64,000 bases of DNA. Origin: the human T2T-CHM13v2.0 reference genome, Homo sapiens. How positions within the stretch are numbered: the first letter of the stretch is position 1; each line of letters begins with the position of its first letter. Made by a program: the position numbers and the translations under genes. The stretch lies in NCBI RefSeq assembly GCF_009914755.1, contig NC_060929.1; one strand, given 5' to 3'. Under the pieces are notes generated by a model that was not told where the DNA came from, made no database searches, and saw only the letters and a list, made by a program, of their open reading frames with translations. Below, piece by piece: positions 45,541-57,389 of the stretch.

Positions 45541-46388
45541 CACAGGATTCTTGATTTCCTCACTCCTTTACTACTCTACTCTAGGTAAGTATCAAGAGTT
45601 TGCTTTTACACTCCTATTCTGAACTACCAAGTCCCGTTGGACACACAAAAAAAGTAAAAAGTATTAAAATACGATTCCACAAAAATGCTTTACAATCTAA
45701 CCTCAGTTGGACCTAACTTTAGGCTAAGTAATCAGCTTATTACATTCAACTCTCTTGATATGCCTGATCTGAATGTTTCCCAATGTCTCCAAGCTCCCAA
45801 GCCAATCTCTGACTTCCCTGATTTATTAACACACCTGATCTATAACTTTTAATGTTGAGGCATAACACTCCCTTAATAAGTCCCTTCTTATTTGAAAACT
45901 CTGCACCTTAACTCATTTTCTTTCCCAGACTTTCTCACATCAAGGGTTATCACAGGAGCTCTCTTAGAGAAGCCTCTTTCTTCTCTTGACCTTTATCCAT
46001 CCTATATTCTAGACATCTGCCAACCAGTTTCCTCAGTATTTTTACCAGCCATGTGCTTTTGTGATGGCATGAAAATAGGTACTCATATAACTTCAAAATC
46101 ACATTTCTTTGATGCATTTAGCTAGCTAACACAGCCTGTTCTCTTATGATCATTTAAGATTTACTTGTTCAAAAATAACCACCACCTGGAATATCTTTCC
46201 CAGACAGTATCACATGTTTACCACTCAGGAAAAGTATTTATAGCAATGTCCACACATTTTTTATGAAAATAGAAAACGTTTTCTGAATCCTGCTGAGAAG
46301 ATCATACTTCCCCACCCCACCAGTAAAGCTGTAAAGAACAAAAATCTCTTCTTCAATTATAATATTAGAAAGCCTGGTGTCTACTGAC

Positions 46389-46518
46389 CCAAAATGACCT
46401 CGGGAGCTCTGTAGTGCCGGGTAGACACCAAAGTACTGTGATGTTCATCATCATACGTTGCACTTCCAAAGTCAACAACTTTGATATCTGTGTTTTTCAG
46501 TGTGCGTTCATCACGTTT
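46389..46518 (-). CDS. CLK4: CLK4 exon 9 (130 nt), DFG and activation segment
   Basis: [43 protein letters not shown]; donor TGG|GTCAGT. Confidence 0.96.
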
Positions 46519-46768
46519 CTAGAGAGACACAGTTGAGTAAACATGAAACTCAATAGATACATTTTATAGCGCTACTCAAAAGGCCAGCACATGAATTATC
46601 TTCTTGATTGTCAAAGTAAGCTCATGAGAAAGGCAAAGAAGGATTACTTCTTTTTGGTTAAACAACAGGATATAATAAGGCTCAGAAGTGAAATTCCTCA
46701 TCCAAAGATCATCAAGTTAAATTAATTTTAAAGACAACCACCCAAATTAAAACAAGTCTTTAACTTAC

Positions 46769-46863
46769 CATTTTAGAATTATATTTGACTACATAGTCAG
46801 ACTTCACAAACAAAATATTTTCAGGCTTCAGATCTGTATGGGTTAATTTATTATGATGTAAAA
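46769..46863 (-). CDS. CLK4: CLK4 exon 8 (95 nt), catalytic loop
   Basis: [19 protein letters not shown]; donor ATG|GTAAGT. Confidence 0.96.
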
Positions 46864-47113
46864 CTACAAGAGAACAAAAGCACATTATTAGTTTCACTTA
46901 CAAACTTAATTTGTACTAGGAGGGAAAGGAGGACTGGCAAAGGATATAGTGGTCAAGAGACGATTCATCTTTACTTGTAAAATGTCTGTTTTTTTAGTGA
47001 CAACATTTGGATATATAGCTTGTATAATAAAAACAAGTTTTCTGGTGCTTAAAGATTTATCTTAATTGTTAAGGAGGTACAAACATAAAAAATATTTAAA
47101 AATAAAGATTTAT

Positions 47114-47430
47114 TGCTGTGCACAGTGGCTCACGCCTATAACCCCAGCACTTTGGGAGGCCGAGGGGGGCAATCACAAGGTCAGGAGATCGAGACCATCC
47201 TGGCTAACACTGTGAAATCCCATCTCTACTAAAAATACAAAAAATTAGCTGGGCATGGTGGTGGGCGCCTGTAGTCCCAGCTACTCGGGAGGCTGAGGCA
47301 GGAAAATGGCGTGAACCCGGGAGGCTGAGCTTGCTGGGACCCGAGAGCGCCACTGCACTCCAGCCTGGGTGACAGAGCGAGACTCCGTCTCAAAATAAAT
47401 AAATAAATAAATAAATAAAAATAAAGATTT
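47114..47430 (+). mobile_element. AluY
   Basis: GATCGAGACCATCCTGGCTAACAC; TSD AAAAATAAAGATTTAT; ends ~15 nt from the exon 7 donor. Confidence 0.9.
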
Positions 47431-47445
47431 ATCAAGTGTACTTAC

Positions 47446-47612
47446 AATTTATTGACTGGCAGATCTGATACGCCATCTGCCTGATGTGGTCAATTTGAAA
47501 TGGCAGAAAGCTGTTTTCTTTAATGAAATCGTAAGTACTAAGTCCCAGTAGTTCAAACACAATACAAACATGACCATGATGATCAAACCATTCTAGCATC
47601 TGGACACATCGG
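47446..47612 (-). CDS. CLK4: CLK4 exon 7 (167 nt), hinge region
   Basis: TAG|CCGATG...ATT|GTAAGT; RCVQMLEWFDHHGHVCIVFELLGLSTYDFIKEN. Confidence 0.96.
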
Positions 47613-47699
47613 CTAAAACAGAGCAAAATAATAATTCAGTTTATGGAAACCTGAATATTTCATGTAATATGATGGCTCCTAGGTGAAAGTTATACTTAC

Positions 47700-47816
47700 A
47701 AGACACTATTGGGATCAGTACTATTTAAGTGCTCTAATACTTGGATTTCTGAACGAGCTGCTTCACGGTAACGGCCTACATTTTTTACGATTTTCACTGC
47801 TACATGCATGCCATCC
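47700..47816 (-). CDS. CLK4: CLK4 exon 6 (117 nt), VAVK lysine and alphaC helix
   Basis: AAG|GGATGG...CTT|GTAAGT; DGMHVAVKIVKNVGRYREAARSEIQVLEHL. Confidence 0.96.
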
Positions 47817-49014
47817 CTTAAAAATAAAATTAAGATAAAAATGATAAATGTACAAGAGTGAGCTGAAGCCATGTTATGCTCTAAAGCATAATCTTAATTA
47901 CCAATTCCTCTATGCCATTTAAAATAATCTTTCAGAACATATTATAGCAGATTCCATATAACATCTTCTTAAAACATTTTGATAAAATACTTTATATGAA
48001 GTGATAATTCCCTTAATACTTATGAGTTTTAACGTTTGCTCCTAGAATTTTAAATTTAATTACATTTTATACAACAACAGTTTTAAAAGATATATACAAA
48101 TGTAAACCAAAAATAGGATATGCTACTGTTGAAAGCATTCATTCATTTACCAGGCTAGGCCTACTCTGTGCCAGGCAATGCACAGATATTAGTGATTAAA
48201 AGACGGGGTGTGTCCCTACGTACTTCAAAGTCTAATGGAAAAGACAGACACAGAAACAACTTAGACTTCTTCACAGAAGAGGTGACACAGAACTGAGTCC
48301 TGAAAGATAGCTGGGAGTTTGTCAGATTGGGAAGGAAACATCCAGGTAAAGGAGACCCCAACTCTAAGTAATGAAGCCCAGAAAAACCTTAGCAGATGCA
48401 CTGATGCCAGTATACAGAAACAGCTACAGGGGAGGGCAGTGGGCTTTAGACTGCGGCATCTGTAAGAATGCTTCCTAAAAAGTATAGAGCCATAAATGTT
48501 GCAAATCTTCAATTTATTTTTGTCTTCCTTTTTAAACCTAATCTACCTACAGATGAGCCAGCATTCAAGCCTTCTTTTTCACTATGACCCTTCCACTTTA
48601 CAAAACCATACCCATCTCTTACTAGTGTAACAGGATGTATGCCCTAGGCTATAAAAACATTTGGGGCAAACAAACACGTATTCTAATGGCTGGATACAAA
48701 ACCTTTTTCCACATCCAGTGGTTTCCAGTTCATTGCTTTCAACAAGGCCCCAACGAATGTGAACTGATAAGTCACTAAAAAAATTTTTTAATGCTTGGCA
48801 TATACCTCAAGACTTAAAAGAACTCTAATAAGATTACTGTGACAAAGCTTCTACTCCTATCTATTTAATTATATGACCAAAAATTTTTCTCAGTGCTTGT
48901 ATCCACGAAAATGAAAAAAGAAAACATACAATGCTAGACAGTCAGATATTTATCTATGGCTATATGTACTCATTTTTTTAGAGGCCTCAACTGCCCCAAT
49001 AAAGGAAACATTCC

Positions 49015-49170
49015 AGGCCAGATGTGGTACAGGTGTGTGCCACACGTGACTACAGGCTCACACCTGTAATCCCAGCACTATGGGAGGCTGAGGCAGAAGG
49101 ATCACTTGAGGCCAGGAGTTCCACACCAGCCAGAGCAACACAGTGAGACTCCATCTCATTAAAAAAAAAT
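49015..49170 (+). mobile_element. FLAM-like Alu monomer
   Basis: CTCACACCTGTAATCCCAGCAC...GAGACTCCATCTC. Confidence 0.75.
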
Positions 49171-50042
49171 TTTTTTTAAGATACATTTCATTAAATACAC
49201 CAAGACTTAGACTTTCAAGAAATTCTAAAAGGACATTAATGGGATGACTGGTGAAATCTGAATAAAGTCTGCAGATTAGTTGGCAAAATTTGAAAACAAA
49301 TGTATGTATAATGATAAAGCAAATCTTATAAAATGTAAACATTTGGAAAATAGGTTAACATTTGGAATATATGGGAATTCTTTGAACTATTTTATCAATT
49401 TTTCTGTAAGTCTGAAAATATTTCAAAATACTTTAAAGTTCAATTTACATTCACATATTTGTTGCAGAAAAGCAAAATGTGGGGATAATTTAGGATAGTA
49501 TTTATGGAAAGTGAAATGACAATAAATTCAATAATAAAACATTTCTAAGTATTCAAGAAGAGTTTGTTTATGGATGATGGTAGGTATCAAGCTGCTATGG
49601 TATTTAGATTCCCTGAAATGCATTTAGAGAGAGGTAAGTTTTATTTTTTAATATTAATATTTACAACAGGTTGGAAATTACATCCTTCCCAAATAATTTA
49701 TGATAAAAAATTTTGTCATTTTAGAAATGTGAAGTTTCGCAAAAGTTCTAAGAGCTTCTCTTACAAAAGTTTTCAAGCCACAAAATAGAGGTCCTAGAGG
49801 AAAACGGTAAAATGAGGCAGAAAGGGTCAAATCACAAACTTTATTCTCTAGGCCCTAGATAATAAAATGTCTTTATAGTTTAGGAAGCTAACTCTTAACA
49901 TTTAAGATTAGACATGCTTTATTGCCTCTGTAATCCGAAATTGCCAAATCTTATATACAGGGTCAAGGGCCTCAGTTCTGGAGTTCTGGGAAATTCCTTC
50001 ACTTGAACATCCACTTTAATTTCAATGATTTCCCCCTGTTGA

Positions 50043-50370
<328 letters not shown>

Positions 50371-50486
50371 GTCAGCATTCTTAAGATCCACATTCACGGT
50401 AAATAAATCATACAAAGTTCAAGAAACTTTGGTGAGTAATTTACCCCCCAAAACACGTGGCTACCATTTAAAATATATTCCATCTT

Positions 50487-50821
<335 letters not shown>

Positions 50822-50854
50822 TCAGAATGTTTGAAAAGGAAAAAACAAACTTAC

Positions 50855-50921
50855 ATGCCATGATCAATGCACTCTACAACTTTGCCAAAGGCTCCTTCAC
50901 CCAAAGTGTCCACGATTTCAT
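50855..50921 (-). CDS. CLK4: CLK4 exon 5 (67 nt), glycine-rich loop
   Basis: TAG|ATGAAATC...CAT|GTAAGT; YEIVDTLGEGAFGKVVECIDHG. Confidence 0.96.
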
Positions 50922-51316
50922 CTAGAGTGAGGAGGGAAAAAGAGGTGTAAGTACCTGAGTACAAACTGTCTAGTTCTTCAAACAATGAATGCTTAAGTGT
51001 GGAATATTTTCAAATGATCTCTAACAAAGCATAACTAAGGTTTCAGCACTCAAATTATTTTAGTTTCAGCTGCTACAAAAACAATTAGATAGAGCTATCT
51101 TTCTTGCTCTAATCTCAAATTCCACTGATTATTTTGGAACTTTAGAATAGAAATATTTAAATTCTACAGAAAAGAAGAAATATAAAAGAACAAACAAACC
51201 CACAAAAAGCAAAATAAAAAAGCAATGAAGAGTTCTTTAGCCCCCCGCTGACAAACTATTCTTAAAAAGATTATTCTTTCTGCAAAGTTTAAAAAGTGTT
51301 GAAAAATATTCTATAC

Positions 51317-51407
51317 ATCTTGCTCTTAGAACGTCTCCACTTTGACAGATCAGGTGACCCTCCTCATCATCCTCTATACTCCTGGATCTTTTCCTTCGGT
51401 GGCTCTT
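51317..51407 (-). CDS. CLK4: CLK4 exon 4 (91 nt), alternatively skipped exon
   Basis: CAG|AAGAGC...AGAT|GTATAG; KSHRRKRSRSIEDDEEGHLICQSGDVLRAR; weak donor; length not divisible by 3. Confidence 0.96.
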
Positions 51408-52528
51408 CTGGAACGGCAAGTGGGCAGCACCAAGATCGTCCAGCCAATCAATATATCAGAGTGAATTCAGGGCAGAATACGCAATTCATTCAGCGGGGAG
51501 ATATTCAGGCATTCAGATAAGCACCAGGCCACGAACAGTTGGCAGGAGCAATTTCAAATTCAGTCCCCAGAAATTCACAGGGCACAGTTTATGTTACAGA
51601 AGAAAAACATGGCAAGGAACAGATTTTCAGATAAGATACTTAAAGTGGCAATAGAAAAAAACAACACAATTGTCTCTTTAAAATACTGATTTAATTGAAG
51701 TCTGAAATTTAAAGAATGCAATGTCATGATTTACTTATCTCTTGCTATAAACAGCATATGCTGTGAATTGAGATGTCTAGTTTTTCAGAAAAATGTTTTA
51801 AAATGTCAAGACTATTTGAAATTATTCTAATTTAGCAATATTTTAAAATATACATGATTAAAATAAAAGGGGAAAATAAAGGCTAGTTAATTTCAATGTT
51901 CAATCTAATAAAAACTAGTTTTACTGAAGAAAACTTGGGGAGAAACTAATTCAAAGTTCACTGTTCAAGCAGGTGAAGATGTCTGAGTGTTAAAAAAAAA
52001 AAGGGGGGGGCAGACTTTTTGGATGTTTCCCATTCAGCACCCATTTTCACAACTTCAAAAGAATTCATTGCAGACAATGATGCACTGGACTATGGAACTA
52101 TGCTCTATGCAGGTTAGTAACATTCAGGTGTCCACCAGTGCAATATTTCACATTTATTTTCAAGTACCAGATAAAGGGTTTCTAAGAAAAAAAAAATGCT
52201 TAAGATGAAAGAAAAGATATGGGTGCATGATTTTTTCATAAGAATATGTTACAAATAAAAAAATAGTTTTATTATTAAAATCAATAAACTCATTATCTGG
52301 TCTGCAGAATATGAGGAAATGTGGGCAAATGAGGGCTAGCTAATAAATATACAGATCAGCTACAAGAATTTGGAGGTTTCCTTTAAGGATTTAAGTAATA
52401 TAAATACAATTATAATATATCCAAATAGTATTTTATATATATATATATAAAAAATTAGAAACTTATCAGCTCGTTAAGAGTACACACAAATAAAACTCCA
52501 CTCAAATTGAAAACAAAACCAATCATAC

Positions 52529-52751
52529 CGAACGTGACTGATGACTTGAACAGTGTCTATTGCGCTTCCTTTTAGGACTGCTTCTCCTGCTGCGGACTGA
52601 AGATTTACTGCAGTGGATTCGATACCCGCTTTCAATGTCTCTGTGATAATGTCTAGGAACATATCCTTCACAGTAGTCATTCCTGTATTCGTCAACGTAT
52701 CTCCGGTCCCGATAATCTCGCTCATTCAAGGACCTTGCTTCTAAATAATGA
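52529..52751 (-). CDS. CLK4: CLK4 exon 3 (223 nt), RS-rich region
   Basis: CAG|TCATTAT...TCG|GTATGA; HYLEARSLNERDYRDRRY...RSRRSSPKRKRNRH; overlaps ORF 52523-52729. Confidence 0.96.
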
Positions 52752-53795
52752 CTGCAAACACATTAAAAGATTTCAAATTATTCTCTTCATTCTGCAATAA
52801 TGTGGTTCAAACAAAACATTTTCTCAGAAATTCTTAAACAGCTAACTCAATATAAGAAAAAAATTCAAACAGATGAATTAGCATTTATATTTATCTCATA
52901 AAGCTTAAGAAATAATTTTACTTTAACAAACAAGCAAATGGGCCCATTATAGAGTTTGCTGTCAAGCACTTCACACCAAGGAATAAAGCTTGAGTCAAAT
53001 CATTAATTCATGTCTAGTGTTTACTTGATTAAGTGTTCCTTTACCTTCTGCACCTGTATCTAAGCTGTCTTAGTCTCTCACAGAGGTACAATCAGAGGCA
53101 GGCAAAAAGGATTCCTTTCTCTTGTAATGTAAGAGCATTTTAGATATCCCTGGCACAGAGAGAATTCCTTCATGAAAGGTATATTAGAGCTATAAGGAGC
53201 CTTAAATGTATTCCAGCCCTTTCATTTTACCGACGACTACATTAAGATCCCTAGAAGAAAAATGATTTACCAAGGTTGTATAACAACATTAGTGACAAAA
53301 ACTAAAATATTTTCAAACCACTATTATACAGGCCAATTTTATTACACACAGCATCTATCATGTCTCCTCTACTCTTTGCATTTCTAGCCTTGTTATTCCT
53401 GTTTGAGAAATAGAAAACATAGCTTTTGAGGACTGCCTCATGTGCCAAAGGCATCTAAAATATATCCCCCTAAAATAAGAAAGGGATCCTGTAGTTTAGC
53501 ATTACAATAGTTCCACCACCCTACTTCCCTTTGCATTTCTAATTTCCTGTCATTCCTGTTTGAGAAATACCTAAGAAACAACAGAAAACACCATCATCTA
53601 GTGCCATCGTGCTTTAATCTAGAGATCCCTTTGAAAATCTGCTGAAAGCCATGGACTCTCTTTCCTAAGAAACACATAAACAAAACTTGGCAAGGAATTT
53701 CAAAGGTCATGGGCCTCAGGATGTCAATGGATCCCAGTTAAGTGGCCTTGATCTGATGGAAAGAAAAGGACATAGATTCAATTGGCCCAGTTTCC

Positions 53796-53966
53796 CGTCC
53801 CCCTCTCTACCTGGGATGAGTGTCCTCTTCAACAGAGTGCGAAGCTTCAAGAGGGATGCACATGGAGCACTGAGGGAGAGAGGGGACACCTGCCCAGTCA
53901 GACACATCGGCTAAAATAAGCCTAACAAGCAATGGAGTGACGGATGTTGACTAGATTGCCCTCACC
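53796..53966 (-). pseudogene. 7SK snRNA pseudogene, 5' ~170 nt, in CLK4 intron 2
   Basis: Reverse complement GTGAGGGCAATCT...ACATCCGTCACTCCATTG...GGTGTCCCCTCTCTCCCTCAGTGCTCCATGTGCATCCCTCTTGAAGCTTCGCACTCTGTTGAAGAGGAC matches the 7SK 5' half. Confidence 0.9.
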
Positions 53967-56900
53967 AACCCCTTTCCTTTCCCCAGAATATGCTGTCATT
54001 CTTTTTCCCAGGGGGCTGGTTTAGGCAGAAATAGAAGCATCTTTACAACTACTACCCAATAGGGCTAGCATCAAATCCAGGCTGGGGAGATACAGAAACC
54101 CGGTTCTCTTTCCCTAGCATCAGCTTTAAGTTGTATTTATTGGAGAAACAACTCAGGATATTTGGGTAAGACTGTGGGTAGTCTAGGTTAGAGATCTGAT
54201 CAGTTGGCTTGGAACTGTCAGGGAGAGATCACCAATACAATAAGCTAGACGTGACCATACTCTTAAGGGCATCCTTCCCATAAAAGTCCAAAATCCTTCT
54301 ATTAGAAAAAACTAGCACTAACAATCTTTAGCTGGAATACTGCATGGAATTAGAGCTGCTAAGCCATAAACAACGTATAGAGTAACAAAACATGGAGTGA
54401 ACACCATGAGGACAAACTAAAAGGATGAGAGTCTCTTCAATAGATAATGGCCAATGACCAAGGCTGAGAGATTATATAAACAAAGTCTACAGAATTACAC
54501 AGGCTATGGACAGGGTAGACAGGATGAACAGACTGATTTAATTTTTTAAAATATCCACTGAATGCCCAGTGAATATTTCACTATAGCCTTTCAAATAGCC
54601 AAGACGGATGAGGGTAAGGGCATTCGTTTTTATATCCACACAGGTCCTGTGGGAGATAAAAAAAAAATTATATAAGGCAAAGTCCCTGCCAACAAATAAT
54701 GAACAATTTGAGATTACTCACATAAAAATGAAACAAAATCCAACAATGTAGGAAATTCTAAAAGGTTACAACACATGAGTGCTTAGAGTCAGAGATGGGG
54801 GAAAAAATCTGTTTAAAATGGTCAGAGAATAATTACAAAAAAGATGGAAATAGAGTTGCATCTTAAAGGGAAGCCAGGATTTGGAAAAAGTAGAATACAG
54901 AAGAAATTCCGGGGGAGAAGAATGGCATATTACCATCTTAAATTCATATGGCACTTTTAGCCACAATGGCTTAGAGATGGAATTGTCTATGCATTACTCA
55001 GGAAAAAGACAATCCCAGCAAGAGCAATTTTCACATAGGGGAATGTAGACAAATAAGTAAGCTGAGAATAGCATCATTAAAAACCCTGCGTGCTAGGCTA
55101 AAGAGTATTATTTCTCAAAGGACGGTCTATTTATCAACAGTATCAAATATGGAGTTCTTATTAAAAATGGTAACCCTGGGCCTTAGGTCATACTCACTGA
55201 CTGTAAATCTGGTCAGCATACCTCCAAGGTGATTCTTATTCACACTAAAGTTGGAGAATCACTGGTTTAAGACTTGATACTTTATGTTACAGGCTTCTGA
55301 CCACAATATATAAAGGTAGGGTTTACAGCCACATCAGTCTTTCTAATGCAGAATGGATTAACTAAGCCTGTAGAAAGGGAGACCAATTCACAGGCTACCT
55401 CCAAAAGACAAATCATAAAGAAAAGACACTATGCAATATATATATGACAAATGGTTAAAATATTGTAATAAAAAGCTCTTCTAAATCAATAAAAATACTT
55501 TAATAAATAGGCTAAGAATAAAAAGATGTTCAAATGATCAATAAATATATGACAGCGGACAAATTCGTTAGAAATTTAAAAATTCAGTTTAATCAAAACA
55601 TTATTCTTGGCCTTTCAAAACAGCCAAGATTGGTGAGAGCATGAAGGAGCACGTTGTATAATTTGGCAAACTCTCTAGAAAAAGAAATATGAACCTGTAG
55701 CAAGAAATAAGAGTTCACATGCTTTAACTTAAAAATGCTTCTTCCTGGAGTGTATTTTCAGGAAATAATCAGTGGCAAAGATTTAGAAACAAAGATTTTT
55801 TTTTTAATTATAATTTTACAGCTAAATAATGGGGACTAATTTCCTACAGAGATTACCATCTTTATACTTTTCTGCATTTTTCAGTTTTTTGTTATTTTAT
55901 AAAAACACTCAAAGTTTTTGACCTTCAAAAATTAGAATATTCTGGATCATGGTAAACGCTGACCACCAAACACATCTGGTACAAATATCAAAGCAGGCAC
56001 TGGCCTGGTGGTTAACTGGACTCAGTATCATGTTTACGTAGTTAACTATGAGCACAAATGAACTGTTCATCACTCATATCACTTCCTTTCTATATATACA
56101 ACGTATAATTATCCTATGAATAACCAGTACTATGACGTTAAGCCTTAGGGTTTTTTGTATTTATTAATAGTGGGGTACAGATGGTTTTTTTTAGTGTACT
56201 GTACATTAATTATTAATTATCTCTGGTCTCTGAAATCCTGTCATAAACCTTCCCCCTTCCCCTTATATAACAATGCGTATGAAGCATGATTTGTCTGCAC
56301 TGACTACAAATAAGCTGTTTGGCAGAACAAGTCTGTTAACGTGGAGAAGGAAAGAAATTACATACTGTTTTTTAAAGTAACCCCAGCTGGCTAATTTAGA
56401 AAGCAATCTGGTAAACAGTCCCAATGGAACATCTGCACAAAACGAGAAAACAGAACCAACAAAACAAACGAAAAAGGGAAATTAATGAAAGAGTGAAAAC
56501 TTACCTAGCCTTTCTTTAATCATTTAGAACTTTAAGATTCCTTTAATTCTATATAAATATATTACCTCCAAATTGTACACTGGTAAGAATACAATAAAAC
56601 AGCACACATGCTGTTGCAAGTTTTTATTGAGGCCATTTCCCAAATTACTAGCTACTACCTATGCAAAAGAATAGTTCTTAAATAAAGCCAGCTTCTAAAA
56701 ATCCCAAACATATCCCTTGGCCTCATCTACAAATATAACCTGTACGACATGGTATAAGTGACTAATAATACATGCTGCTTTTCTCTGTTGGAATAACTCC
56801 TCCCCTATAAAACCCTACCTTATTTCTGAAACAATGAGCACTACAACATACCCATCTCCCTCCTACATACAAGTTAAAGGTACTCATTGGGCATTCTATC

Positions 56901-57228
56901 ACTATTACTTAACTTTTTGTGTGTCATCTCCCTAATCACGTTACTGGCAGTTGGGACTCACCATGTTATTTAATACATTTCACATTCACTTACTGATCAA
57001 CTGTCTCCTACCACTCCCAGGCAGACAGACATACATAAGGATAAGAACTTTGTTTTATTTACAGCTGTAGCCTCAGCGCCTATCTAAAATAAGTACTCAA
57101 ATATTTTCTAAACGAATATTTGTTGACTGAATTATAAAACAATTTGACAGATGAAAGCTATATAAGCAAATGACAAATCATTTAAAACTATTAGAGCTAA
57201 AATGCTAGTAGTTCAAGAGTTAATTTAC

Positions 57229-57389
57229 CAATCAGATTCTTTAAACTGGTGATGTGGTTTACAATGCCTGTTCTCTTGTGTGCTACTATGAGATCTCCTC
57301 TTCCGCTTGTGACTTCCACGATAGCTTTCATGTCCCCAGCTTTCTCTGCTATCCCAATCAGGACAGTGAGTTCTTTTGGAATGCCGCAT
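57229..57389 (-). CDS. CLK4: CLK4 exon 2 (161 nt), start codon; MRHSKRTHCPDWDSRESWGHESY...
   Basis: Acceptor CAG|ATG at 57389, donor TTG|GTAAAT; RS-rich CLK N-terminus. Confidence 0.96.
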
